A stretch of 64,000 bases of DNA from positions 36,150-100,149 of the forward strand of contig CAMBGQ010000001.1 of the NCBI GenBank assembly GCA_945866215.1. Reading direction: 5' to 3'. Below the pieces are notes generated by a model that had not been told where the DNA came from, ran no database searches, and was given only the letters and a program-made list of their open reading frames with translations. The position numbers were made by a program, and so were the translations under genes. Origin of the DNA: Opitutus sp. GAS368 (lineage in GTDB: Bacteria > Verrucomicrobiota > Verrucomicrobiia > Opitutales > UBA953). Shown piece after piece: positions 27,715-36,890 of this stretch. Numbering within the stretch: the first letter of the stretch is position 1; each line of letters opens with the position of its first letter.

Positions 27715-30459
27715 ATGCGCAAGAAGTCCTCCCAGTCCTCCTCCGAAGCCTCCGCTCCCGCCGGCGCCAAGACCCTCGTCATCGCCGAAAAGCCTTCGGT
27801 GGCAGCCGACCTCGCCAAGGTCCTGAAGGTGCCCAAGGCGAACAGCGACTACTTCGAGAACGACCAGTGGGTAATCAGCTCCTCCATCGGACACATCGTC
27901 CGGCTCAAGGACCCCGAAGACCTGGACCCCAAATGGAAGCGCTGGGTGTTGAAGGATCTGCCGATGCTCCCCGAGAAGTTCGACGGGACGGCCAGTGCCG
28001 ACATCCTCAAGGTCGTCATCAGCGAGCGAAATAACGGCGATCGTTACAAGTTGCTCAAGAAACTCCTCGGCCGAGAAGACATCGGCACGGTCGTCAACGC
28101 CTGCGACGCTGGTCGTGAAGGCGAATTGATCTTCCACTACATCTATCAGCTGGCGCGCTCCCGGTTACCCGTCCGCCGCCTCTGGTTGACGAGCATGACC
28201 AATGCGGCGATTGCCCATTCGTTCGAGCACCTTTTGCCCGAGTCGACCAAGGCCGGGCTGCTCGGTTCCGCCATTAGCCGCTCGCAAGCCGACTGGCTGG
28301 TCGGGATGAATGGCAGCCGTTGCGGCACAATCCGTATCGGCGGTGCCAAACGGGAGGTTTTTTCCGTCGGCCGCGTCCAGACCCCGACCCTGATGCTCAT
28401 CGTGAAGCGCGAGTTCGAGATTCGGAATTTCGTCCCGAAGACCTTCTGGAAAATCGAGGGCGACTTCGGCCTCACGCAAGGGAACTACCGCGGCGCCGCC
28501 CAGGTCCCCGGCGTCACCGACCGCAAGGAAGCCGAACGTTTCTATGAGGAAGCGCAAGCTCGCCAAGTCGCCGAGGAGGCACTGAAACTCGGCACTGGCA
28601 CCGTCACCGATGAGCGTAAGCCGAAGAAGGAGAGCGCCCCGCGCCTCTTCGACCTCACGACTCTACAGCGTGAGGCCAACCGCCGCTTCGGCTTCTCTGC
28701 CAAGACCACCCTCGGGGTCGCCCAGGCTCTGTACGAGAAACACAAGGCGCTGACCTATCCGCGCACCGACTCCCAATACCTTCCCGAAGACTACCTCCCC
28801 AACGCTAAGGCTGCGCTGCAATCCCTCGAGGGTGCCCATCCGGCCGGAGTGTTCGCCAAGGAAGCGCTCCGCAACGGCTGGGTCGATAGCGCCGGCCGTC
28901 GTGTCTTCGACAATAAGAAGGTCAGCGACCACTTTGCCATCGTCCCCACCGGCACCGTTCCGCACGGCCTCACCGACGTCGAGCAGAAGATCTACGATTT
29001 CGTCGTCCGTCGTTTCGTGGCGGTGTTCTTCCCGCTGGCCGAATTCGAAGAGACCGTCCGCATCACCGCCGTCGGCCCACACCCCTTTCGCACGACCGGC
29101 AAAGTCCTCGTCGTCGCCGGCTGGCGCGCCGTCTGGGGCCAGGAAGCCGAGGCCGAGGAAGACAAGGACAAGGAAGGCTCCGCCAGCCTGCCCGCCCTCT
29201 CCGCTGCCGATGGCACGCCCGCCCAAGCCAAAGTCCTTGGTGTCGACGTCAAGGAAGACGCGACCAAGCCGCCGGCCCGCTACAACGAAGCCTCCCTTCT
29301 CGGTGCGATGGAAAACGCCGGTAAGCTCGTTGATGACGAGGCCCTCGCCGAAGCGATGAAGGAGCGCGGGCTGGGCACGCCCGCCACCCGGGCGGCGACC
29401 ATCGAGGAACTGCTCGCCAAGACTTATATCGAGCGCCAAGGCAAGGAGCTGGTCCCGCAAGGTAAGGCCTTCCAGCTGCACCAGTTTCTCACGCAGACCT
29501 GCAAGAACATGTCCTTCATGGTTGAGCCCCTGCTCACCGGCGAATGGGAATACAAACTCAAGCAGATCGAACATTCTGAGTCCACCGCGCCGAGCTTCAT
29601 CACGGACATCAAGGTCCAAGTGGCCACCATGCTCGCGGACGCCGCCGTCGCCGCCCCTGCGACCGAACTATCGCCGCAGGTGGCCTCGCCCACCGACGGG
29701 CTTGCCATCCTGACCGACGGTTCGAAGTATTTTTCCCAAGACAAAGTCGGCACGACGGATCGTCCGAAGATGACGATTTATGCCGAGATGAATGGCCATA
29801 AGATCACCCCGACCGAGGTCGCTGAGTTGGTCGTAAAACGCCGCATCGGGCCGTTCTCCGATTTCCGCTCGATGAAGTCGGGCAAGAATTTCACGGGTTA
29901 CATCGACCTCGTCGACCCCGACACGATCAAACCCCGTGGCACCGAAGAAAAGACCGAGACCGCCCCGGCGCCTACCCCCGAAGGCCAGGAAGCCGTCCCC
30001 GTCAAGCCGCCCCGTAAGACCAAGCCCAAGGCTCCCAGCGGCAAGCTCAAGGCCGTCCTCTATTTTCCACCCCGCGAAGGCGCTGATGGCAACCCAGACG
30101 CCTTCGACGCCGAGTGGCCGGTCCTCGGCCCCTGCCCAGTCAGCGGTCTTCCCGTCCAGCATACCCCGACCGCCGGATACCGGGTCTGCCCACACAAAGC
30201 CCAGGAGGCGGCCGCCAAGAAGACTTTCAGCCTCAACGCCGAGATGCTCAAGGCTCCGATCTCGCCTGACGATGTCCGCAAGCTCCTCCACGAAGGCAAG
30301 ACCGGCCTCAAGAAATTTGTCTCCAACCGCACCAAGCGGACCTTTGAAGCCTTCCTCGTCGCCGACAAGGCCAAGGGCTGGTGGTTCGAATTCCCTCCCC
30401 GCAAGCCTCGCGCTGCCAAAGGCGCACCAGCGGAGAAGAAGGCCGACGAACCGTTCTGA
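27715..30459 (+). CDS. topB: DNA topoisomerase III with extended C-terminal region
   Basis: Toprim N-terminus LVIAEKPSVA and active-site LTYPRTDSQYL. The C-terminal approximately 290 aa hold a Pro/Lys-rich linker and two topoisomerase C-terminal-repeat-like units, for example ISPDDVRKLLHEGKTGLKKFVSNRTKRTFEAFLV. Confidence 0.9.
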   Translation: MRKKSSQSSSEASAPAGAKTLVIAEKPSVAADLAKVLKVPKANSDYFENDQWVISSSIGHIVRLKDPEDLDPKWKRWVLKDLPMLPEKFDGTASADILKVVISERNNGDRYKLLKKLLGREDIGTVVNACDAGREGELIFHYIYQLARSRLPVRRLWLTSMTNAAIAHSFEHLLPESTKAGLLGSAISRSQADWLVGMNGSRCGTIRIGGAKREVFSVGRVQTPTLMLIVKREFEIRNFVPKTFWKIEGDFGLTQGNYRGAAQVPGVTDRKEAERFYEEAQARQVAEEALKLGTGTVTDERKPKKESAPRLFDLTTLQREANRRFGFSAKTTLGVAQALYEKHKALTYPRTDSQYLPEDYLPNAKAALQSLEGAHPAGVFAKEALRNGWVDSAGRRVFDNKKVSDHFAIVPTGTVPHGLTDVEQKIYDFVVRRFVAVFFPLAEFEETVRITAVGPHPFRTTGKVLVVAGWRAVWGQEAEAEEDKDKEGSASLPALSAADGTPAQAKVLGVDVKEDATKPPARYNEASLLGAMENAGKLVDDEALAEAMKERGLGTPATRAATIEELLAKTYIERQGKELVPQGKAFQLHQFLTQTCKNMSFMVEPLLTGEWEYKLKQIEHSESTAPSFITDIKVQVATMLADAAVAAPATELSPQVASPTDGLAILTDGSKYFSQDKVGTTDRPKMTIYAEMNGHKITPTEVAELVVKRRIGPFSDFRSMKSGKNFTGYIDLVDPDTIKPRGTEEKTETAPAPTPEGQEAVPVKPPRKTKPKAPSGKLKAVLYFPPREGADGNPDAFDAEWPVLGPCPVSGLPVQHTPTAGYRVCPHKAQEAAAKKTFSLNAEMLKAPISPDDVRKLLHEGKTGLKKFVSNRTKRTFEAFLVADKAKGWWFEFPPRKPRAAKGAPAEKKADEPF

Positions 30460-31230
30460 TCAGCGCTCCCAGCGAGCCCGCGGAATCCGTTCGGCCGGGG
30501 GAATCCGGAGCACTTCCTCCATCGTCCGCAGTTTCTCCAGGTCGTCGGGGTATCCGTCGTCACGCGGCAACATGCGGGTCGTCCAATAATCACGGAACCA
30601 GCGGTAGGCCTCTTGCTGCCGACCATCCTGCCAGATGACCTGCGCGCAAATACGGGCGGCATACCAAGGCGCGTCCGGCGATTCCGCGGCCTGCCGATAA
30701 TAACGGGCGGAGAGCTTATGGTCCTTGAGCTTGATCTCCGCCAGCTGGGCGGCGCAGAGCACCAGAGGGGTGGTCACGCGGCTCCGCGCGATACCCTCCT
30801 CGAAGATATCGATGCCGCGTCGGCCATAGGTCTGGAAGAGTCGCTCCTGGATTTCGGCGGGGACCTTGTCGTAGCCACCGCGCCGGCGGATTTCCCAATG
30901 GGCCAGGTCGTAGCCGATGACGTAGCCAGTCTGCTCCCAGAAATAACGGGAATGGGGGTCCAGCGCGCAGGCCGCGCGCATCAGCGCCTCGCAACCACCG
31001 CGGTCGCGCCGCTCCCACAACACGTAGCTGCGAATCCACGTGAGGTCCGCCACCAGAGTGCGCAGGCCGCCCAGTACGCCCAGCAAGACTCCCTGCCCGA
31101 GCGTCGGTTCGAGGTCCTTGCGACCGATTTCCGGGATGCTCGGACGGACGCTTCGCCAAGACACCTCGGCGAACATGCCCGCGGCCAGAAGGAGCGCCCC
31201 CGAGACGGCCCAAGGAAGGTAACGACGCAT
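30460..31230 (-). CDS. Hypothetical membrane-anchored, TPR-like helical-repeat protein
   Basis: Start MRRYLPWAVSGALLLAAG (one TM). TGATG overlap with the upstream permease stop. The upstream part of the listed 425-aa ORF is Arg/Gly-rich out-of-frame overlap and was rejected. Confidence 0.6.
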   Translation of the reverse strand: MRRYLPWAVSGALLLAAGMFAEVSWRSVRPSIPEIGRKDLEPTLGQGVLLGVLGGLRTLVADLTWIRSYVLWERRDRGGCEALMRAACALDPHSRYFWEQTGYVIGYDLAHWEIRRRGGYDKVPAEIQERLFQTYGRRGIDIFEEGIARSRVTTPLVLCAAQLAEIKLKDHKLSARYYRQAAESPDAPWYAARICAQVIWQDGRQQEAYRWFRDYWTTRMLPRDDGYPDDLEKLRTMEEVLRIPPAERIPRARWER

Positions 31231-32063
31231 CAGATTTCCCTCCGACGGAAGATCAGCGCGCCCACGGTGAGGTAGGCCGTGATGTAGAAGAGGCCGGATA
31301 GGAAGACCGTGGTCACGGCCCCGGCCGGCACGCCCGCCGCGCCCAACACCAACGCGTCGCCGATATTGAATTGTTGCAGGTTCGGGATTAGCCGGCTGCT
31401 CACCCACAGGAAGGCATCGTAGGCCGCGGAGTCCGAAGGCTTGAGCACGGCGTCTTGGGCGATCCATTGCAGCTGGCCGGCGACGACAGCGAGTGCGCCC
31501 ACCACGACGGCGAACAGGAACGTGCGCGCCAGCGACGACAAGGCGAGGACGATGGCGGCGACCACGCCGAGACGCAGCCACTGGAGCAGCACGAATTGCG
31601 CAAGCCCGCCAGCGCTGAAGGTCGTGGGTATCTTGCCCGCCTGCTCCGCTGCAGCCACCAGCTCGATTTCCCGGGCCCACAGGACGGCGCCGAGCAACCC
31701 CGCGAGCACCACGACGAAGACGCCCAGGACCGCCCACGCCCCGAAGAACTTACCCAGGAGGAATTCCGGACGACTCAAGGGCTTGGCCAACAAGGTCAGG
31801 GCGGTCTTGTTATCGATCTCGCTGAAGAAGAGCTGGGCGGTCATGACCACCGCGAGGACGGAACCGAAAAAGAACAATCCACCGAAACCGAGGTCGGCGA
31901 TGAACTTCAGCTCGCCATGACCGAAATCGAAAACGCGCAAGGAGACGGACGAGAGCACCATCGCGACACCGAGGACCAACAAGAAGGCAAAGAAGCGCTG
32001 GCGGACAGCCTCAAGAAAGGTGACCCGCGAAATCCAGAGCATACGGCGGAGCGAGTCTTGCAT
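31230..32063 (-). CDS. ABC-2 type transporter permease
   Basis: 277 aa with about six hydrophobic segments. Immediately downstream of an ABC ATPase gene. Confidence 0.8.
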   Translation of the reverse strand: MQDSLRRMLWISRVTFLEAVRQRFFAFLLVLGVAMVLSSVSLRVFDFGHGELKFIADLGFGGLFFFGSVLAVVMTAQLFFSEIDNKTALTLLAKPLSRPEFLLGKFFGAWAVLGVFVVVLAGLLGAVLWAREIELVAAAEQAGKIPTTFSAGGLAQFVLLQWLRLGVVAAIVLALSSLARTFLFAVVVGALAVVAGQLQWIAQDAVLKPSDSAAYDAFLWVSSRLIPNLQQFNIGDALVLGAAGVPAGAVTTVFLSGLFYITAYLTVGALIFRRREI

Positions 32064-32064
32064 G

Positions 32065-32916
32065 TTAGGCGTCGCGGCTGCCGGTTACCAATTCACGGAA
32101 GAGGTCTTCCAGCGAGCGGCGGGGATGGGTGACGGAAACGACGGTGGCGCCGTGGGCGGCCAAGGCGGCCTCGGCGGCGGCCCGAGCGGCGGGTGTCATC
32201 GCCTCGACCGTCAGGATATGCCGGTCGCGGCGCGCCAGGACATCGTCCACGGCGCCTTCGAGCACCAGCTTGCCTCGGTCCATGATGGCTACGCGATCGC
32301 AGACCTGTTCGACCTGTCCGAGCAGGTGCGAACAAAGCACGACCGTCTTGCCCTTGTCCCGCATGGCGTGGATCATCCGACCGATGGCGGCGGAGCCGAC
32401 CGGGTCGACGCCCGCGGTGGGCTCATCGAGGATGACCAGTTCGGGATCGTGGACCACGGCTTGGGCGAAACCGATGCGCTGCAGCATGCCCTTCGAATAG
32501 GTGCCGATCGGGCGATCTGCGGCTTCGACCATCGCAGCCAGCCCCAGCGCGTCTTCGACCGCCGAGGCGAGCTCGCCTGCACTCACGCCGCTGAGCTGGG
32601 CGCAGTAGCGAACGAGCTCACGGCCCGTCAGGAACTTATGAAAATAGGGAGCCTCCGGCAGGAAGCCGGTCCGTCGGCGCGCGGCGCTCGTGGCGGAAGC
32701 CTCGCCCAAGATGCTGATCTCGCCCGCGGTCGGCGCTACCAAGCCGAGGACGACCTTAAGGGTAGTACTCTTCCCGCAGCCGTTCGGGCCGAGCAGTCCA
32801 TAGACTTGGCCGCGGGGGATCTCCAGCGAGAGATCGTCCACCGCGCGCAACTTGAGGCCGCGCAGACCGATCCGGAAATCTTTGGTCAACCGACGGACGG
32901 AAATGGCGGAAGTCAT
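32065..32916 (-). CDS. ABC transporter ATP-binding protein
   Basis: Walker A GLLGPNGCGKST, signature YSKGMLQR and Walker B LVILDEPTAGVD. ATG at 32916 (MTSAISV). Confidence 0.9.
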   Translation of the reverse strand: MTSAISVRRLTKDFRIGLRGLKLRAVDDLSLEIPRGQVYGLLGPNGCGKSTTLKVVLGLVAPTAGEISILGEASATSAARRRTGFLPEAPYFHKFLTGRELVRYCAQLSGVSAGELASAVEDALGLAAMVEAADRPIGTYSKGMLQRIGFAQAVVHDPELVILDEPTAGVDPVGSAAIGRMIHAMRDKGKTVVLCSHLLGQVEQVCDRVAIMDRGKLVLEGAVDDVLARRDRHILTVEAMTPAARAAAEAALAAHGATVVSVTHPRRSLEDLFRELVTGSRDA

Positions 32917-33194
32917 CGGCGGATGGAGAACTCGCGGCAAGTACGCACGCCGGAGAAGGCTTTGATTTCTTCCCCACGGATATGTCCGTCGAGGGACCGG
33001 GCGATCTGATCAATGAAGGCCACCACTTCACCTTCATCACCTTCGGCATGCACGTAGACGCGACCATCGGCCAGATTCTGGACATAACCAGTCACGTCAT
33101 AGCCCCGGGCGACACCGAGCACTTGCGCACGGAAACCGACCCCTTGGACGTTTCCAGCATACCAAGCATCGCGATGGGAGACATGGGTTGACAT
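32913..33194 (-). CDS. acyP: Acylphosphatase
   Basis: 93 aa with GNVQGVGFR motif and later GYVQNLADGRV. ATGA overlap with the ABC ATPase gene. Confidence 0.85.
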   Translation of the reverse strand: MSTHVSHRDAWYAGNVQGVGFRAQVLGVARGYDVTGYVQNLADGRVYVHAEGDEGEVVAFIDQIARSLDGHIRGEEIKAFSGVRTCREFSIRR

Positions 33195-33252
33195 AGCCTA
33201 AACTTGCATAAATAATTGTAACTCATTCCCTCTCAGCAACCGCAATCTCGCC

Positions 33253-33549
33253 ATGAACCTCCCCCTCGCCTTACTCGACGGCCCAGTCATCTGGGTTGTT
33301 CTCTTCGTCGTCTTGCTCCTTTTCGGCGGTTCCAAGCTGCCCGAACTCGCCCGCGGTCTGGGTAAGGCCAAGCGTGAATTCAAGAAGGCCTCCGATGATG
33401 TCGAGGACGAGGTGCGCAACGCCGTCGAAGAAGACGAAAGAAAGAAGTACCGCCAGAAACAGGTCGAGGATGAAGAACGCGCCGCAGTCCGTGCCAAAAT
33501 CGAGGCCGAAGAACGCTCTAAGCGGGCGCAAGACGGTAACCAGAACTAA
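33253..33549 (+). CDS. tatA: Twin-arginine translocase subunit TatA/E
   Basis: Single TM followed by an amphipathic helix: LLLFGGSKLPELARGLGKAKREFKKA. Charged C-terminal tail. Confidence 0.9.
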   Translation: MNLPLALLDGPVIWVVLFVVLLLFGGSKLPELARGLGKAKREFKKASDDVEDEVRNAVEEDERKKYRQKQVEDEERAAVRAKIEAEERSKRAQDGNQN

Positions 33550-33556
33550 GCTTAAC

Positions 33557-33580
33557 GGGGCCTACCAAGGCCCCTTTTTA
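33557..33580 (+). terminator. Rho-independent terminator after tatA
   Basis: GGGGCC (33557-33562), loop TACCAA, GGCCCC (33569-33574), followed by TTTTTATTT. Confidence 0.7.
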
Positions 33581-33587
33581 TTTACCG

Positions 33588-34178
33588 ATGTTTACCGGGC
33601 TAGTCCAAGGCGCCGCCAAGGTAGTCGCCCTTTCTCCCCGGGAAAAGGATGGCGCCCGCTTGACCCTCTCCCACCCCCTGCTCGCCCACGCCAAGGTCGG
33701 TGACAGCATCTCGACTAACGGTTGCTGCCTGACCGTCGTGGCCCCCCAGGGCGATCAGGCCAGCTTCGACCTGCTCGCCGAGACTCTCCGGCTGACCAAC
33801 CTCGGCGACCTCCGGACTGGCTCGGTCGTCAACCTGGAACCGAGCCTTCTCCCGACCGACCGACTGGGAGGCCACTTCGTGACCGGCCATATCGACGGCT
33901 GCGGCGAGATCCTCTTTTTCGGACAAACTGGGGCCGACTGGCAGCTCGATATCAAGGCCTCCGATGCTTTCCTGCGTCATGTCGTCCGCAAAGGCTGCGT
34001 GGCCGTCGACGGGATGTCCCTCACGGTGGCCGACCTGATTCCGGGCGGCTTCCGGCTCTGGATCATCCCCCATACACTGGAAGTGACCAACCTTGCCGGC
34101 CGCCAGACCGGCGACCGCGTCAATCTGGAGTCGGACCTGCTGGCCAAATACGCCGAGAAACTACTGGGGAAAGCCTAG
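33588..34178 (+). CDS. ribE: Riboflavin synthase (alpha chain)
   Basis: MFTGLVQG N-terminus and second lumazine-binding repeat GHFVTGHIDG; 196 aa. Confidence 0.92.
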   Translation: MFTGLVQGAAKVVALSPREKDGARLTLSHPLLAHAKVGDSISTNGCCLTVVAPQGDQASFDLLAETLRLTNLGDLRTGSVVNLEPSLLPTDRLGGHFVTGHIDGCGEILFFGQTGADWQLDIKASDAFLRHVVRKGCVAVDGMSLTVADLIPGGFRLWIIPHTLEVTNLAGRQTGDRVNLESDLLAKYAEKLLGKA

Positions 34179-34182
34179 CCGT

Positions 34183-34857
34183 TCAGGCCCGGTCGGTCGA
34201 AGTTTCGTTCAACCTCATCTGCAACCGCTGGACAATCCGCGCGTCGTCCTCGGTCTCCGACGGTGCTGGTTCGGCGAGCAAGGTGACGTCCACCTTCGAG
34301 AACGGTAACGGCATGGCGAAACGATCCCAGCTCCGCATCCGCCAACACGCGTGGTAACGAATGCCCATGATCACGAACGGACTGCGCGCCAGACGCGCCA
34401 ACGCAACGGCCCCCGGCTTGAATTCCAACGCGGGGCCCTTCGGACCGTCTGGCGTGATGCCGGCATGATGACCCGCGCGCATCGCGCGCGTCAAAGTGAT
34501 GAGCGCGGCGACACCGCGGCGGTTCGAGGAACCCCGGACTGCGGCGATACCCATGAACCGGAAGAAGGCGACCAGCCAGGCGCCGTCCTTACTGGTACTG
34601 ATGAGTGCGGTCACCGGCCGGGAGAAATACCGGTTCGCAATCCACGACGAGACGAACAGCTTGTCGTGCCAGAGCAGGAGCACAACTGGCCCGGCGGAGT
34701 CCTCGAAGCGGTCGACATTACAACGGAAACGCAGCGTGGCTAGCCAGAGCCGCAACATGCAGGCTAACGGTCCGACCCAAATCCAATGGAACCACGACAC
34801 CACCTCAGGGTCGTCGGCGGAAGTGGGGGGTGCGTCAATCACGCCCTTATCTCTCAT
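34183..34857 (-). CDS. DUF374 / lysophospholipid acyltransferase-family protein
   Basis: 224 aa. VLLLWHDKLF and GITPDGPKGP motifs are typical of DUF374-type LPLAT proteins. Confidence 0.65.
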   Translation of the reverse strand: MRDKGVIDAPPTSADDPEVVSWFHWIWVGPLACMLRLWLATLRFRCNVDRFEDSAGPVVLLLWHDKLFVSSWIANRYFSRPVTALISTSKDGAWLVAFFRFMGIAAVRGSSNRRGVAALITLTRAMRAGHHAGITPDGPKGPALEFKPGAVALARLARSPFVIMGIRYHACWRMRSWDRFAMPLPFSKVDVTLLAEPAPSETEDDARIVQRLQMRLNETSTDRA

Positions 34858-34880
34858 CTAACCGAGGTGAGTTCAAACAA

Positions 34881-35429
34881 TTACGCCAACCGTCCCAAGG
34901 CACGCCTGATTCCGGGACGCCGCCAGAGATGCCTCAGCGCGGTGGCAAACAACGTAGGCTCGGCTGAAGCCCAGGCCTCGACTTCCGCCGGGGTGCGCCA
35001 GAGGACGGCGTCCACCTCGAACGCGGCGAGAGTCACCGCCGCGTTCCCGCGCAGTAGATAGGTGCGCACGAACTCATTGCCCAAGTCGGCGTGGCACGGA
35101 GCGTAGTCGAGCTCGGACAAGGCCGCCGGAGAGACGGCAATACCCAGCTCCTCGTGCAGCTCGCGGACCGCCGCGCTGAGGTAATCCTCTCCCGCGTCGA
35201 CATGGCCCGCGCACGACGTGCTGAGCAGCCCGGGTCCGTTGTCCTTGGCGTAGGAACGGCGTTGCAGGCAAAGCTGGCCGTCGTCCCGGAGCCAGAAAAT
35301 ATGGATCGCCCGGTGCCGCAGTCCGCGGCGGTGAATCTCGCGGCGTGCCGCCCGCCCGATGACGACATCGCATTCATCGACCACGTCGAAGATCTCTTCC
35401 GGTGACTGGCCGACTTCTTCCCGGGTCAT
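34881..35429 (-). CDS. NUDIX hydrolase
   Basis: Nudix box GHVDAGEDYLSAAVRELHEELGI. ATGA overlap with the upstream gene. Confidence 0.85.
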   Translation of the reverse strand: MTREEVGQSPEEIFDVVDECDVVIGRAARREIHRRGLRHRAIHIFWLRDDGQLCLQRRSYAKDNGPGLLSTSCAGHVDAGEDYLSAAVRELHEELGIAVSPAALSELDYAPCHADLGNEFVRTYLLRGNAAVTLAAFEVDAVLWRTPAEVEAWASAEPTLFATALRHLWRRPGIRRALGRLA

Positions 35430-36151
35430 CGGCCGAGATCCATGATGACGTTCCAGCGCTTCGTCAGCGCCCGGTCATGCTTCTTCCATTCGGGATCCCA
35501 GGCAGCAAGCTGACCCCAGAAACGATCGGAGTGATCCATATGCCGCCGATGCGCGAGTTCATGCAGGATGACATGATCATGCAGGATCGGCGGTAGCAGG
35601 ATCAGCCGCCAGTTGAGGGAAAGCGTCCCAGCCGTGGAGCATGACCCCCACCGCGAGGTCTGGTCGCGGACGCTGACCTGCTGGACTGTCACGCCGACCT
35701 GCGCGCTCAGGCGCGCGACCGCCAAGGTCAGCCCCGTCTCGGCCAGCCGGCGGAGGACGCGCACGGCACCAGCCTCGGGGTCGGCGGCAGGTATCACGAG
35801 GTTCACTTTGTCTTCGGTTTGCGAGATTCGGATCGCGCCGCGCGCTCCCGGCGCCAGCTCGAGCGCCAACAGACGATCATCCAGCGTCACCCAAGGAAAT
35901 TTGCGCAGGTGCGAAGTCAGCGAAGCCTGGACCGGACGCGCCTTGGCGAGGACGCGCTCCAACCAAGGCAGGTTATCCTGCAGGAACGCCAAGGCGGAGG
36001 CCGGCGTGGCGTGCGGCGGATAGGTCAGGATGACCTTCGGACCGGGCTTGACCGACAGACGGACACGCGTGGTCCGCGCGGAGACGCGGGGCCAAACCGC
36101 GATGGGGCGGCCGGCGACATGCACGCTGATGGGGGGATCTTCCGACGCCAT
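35426..36151 (-). CDS. DUF45 / M48-like metal-dependent hydrolase (YgjP family)
   Basis: HELAHRRHMDHSDRFW motif. ATG at 36151 (MASEDPP), directly after the mazG stop. Confidence 0.8.
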   Translation of the reverse strand: MASEDPPISVHVAGRPIAVWPRVSARTTRVRLSVKPGPKVILTYPPHATPASALAFLQDNLPWLERVLAKARPVQASLTSHLRKFPWVTLDDRLLALELAPGARGAIRISQTEDKVNLVIPAADPEAGAVRVLRRLAETGLTLAVARLSAQVGVTVQQVSVRDQTSRWGSCSTAGTLSLNWRLILLPPILHDHVILHELAHRRHMDHSDRFWGQLAAWDPEWKKHDRALTKRWNVIMDLGR

Positions 36152-36153
36152 AC

Positions 36154-36813
36154 TTAGGCGGGCGAGGTGCGACGCTCGGCTTCGGCGACGACCTCGTTCG
36201 TCCGGCGCCGCAGGGCCGAATCGGGATCGACGCCGGCATCGCGACAAGCGGCAATCAGTTCGAAGAGCTTCCGCCCCGCCGTTTCTTCAGTCAAACCTGC
36301 GGACTGCGCATCGACCTGGTCAATCGCCACCGTCGCCCCGACGTCGAGCTGCTTCTTGCGGACCTGCTTCCAGACCTCGCGCGCGGTCAGCAACGCATTC
36401 AGGGAAGGCGGCAACTCCTTGAAGACGCTGGCCGGCCGGGCGCCCTTCTCCCGGAGCTTGATCTGATCCCACTGCGTGACGACGGCGGCGGCCGAGGCGA
36501 GCTTGGCGCCGTCGCCAAAGACATGCGGATGACGCCGGATCATCTTGTCATTCACCTCCCGGGCGACGTCGTCGAAAGTAAACTTACCGGCTTCGGCGGC
36601 CATCTGCGCATGGAGCGTAACGTGAAAAAGGAGATCGCCGAGCTCCTCGCGAAGATTGGCGTCGTCGCCGCGGTCGATCGCTTGGAGGACTTCCGCGACT
36701 TCTTCGACCAGGCAATCGCACAAGCTAAGGTGCGTCTGTTCGCGGTCCCACGGGCAACCATCGGGTGCGCGGAGACGGGCGGTTGTAGTGAGCAGAAGGT
36801 CGATGCCGGGCAT
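36154..36813 (-). CDS. mazG: Nucleoside triphosphate pyrophosphohydrolase MazG
   Basis: CPWDREQTH, EEVAEV..EELGDLLF and RHPHVFG motifs. ATG at 36813 (MPGIDLL). Confidence 0.88.
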   Translation of the reverse strand: MPGIDLLLTTTARLRAPDGCPWDREQTHLSLCDCLVEEVAEVLQAIDRGDDANLREELGDLLFHVTLHAQMAAEAGKFTFDDVAREVNDKMIRRHPHVFGDGAKLASAAAVVTQWDQIKLREKGARPASVFKELPPSLNALLTAREVWKQVRKKQLDVGATVAIDQVDAQSAGLTEETAGRKLFELIAACRDAGVDPDSALRRRTNEVVAEAERRTSPA

Positions 36814-36890
36814 GCACAAGATGCAGAAGGCAGGAAGGAACGGAGTCAAAACGATTGCCAGAAGGCCCGGGAGCGCTTGCTTTAGAGCCA

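Noticed and set aside
28663-29619. 318-aa ORF on the minus strand
   Set aside because: It is antisense to topB.
31231-31737. N-terminal extension of the 425-aa minus-strand ORF
   Set aside because: It overlaps the ABC-2 permease gene out of frame and is Arg/Gly-rich. The ATG at 31230, overlapping the permease stop, gives a sensible signal-anchored protein.
32020-33009. 329-aa ORF on the plus strand
   Set aside because: It is antisense to the ABC ATPase gene, which has Walker A/B and signature motifs.
33550-33587. Looked for an FMN riboswitch upstream of ribE
   Set aside because: Only 38 nt separate tatA and ribE, and they are occupied by the tatA terminator hairpin. There is no room for a riboswitch of about 150 nt.
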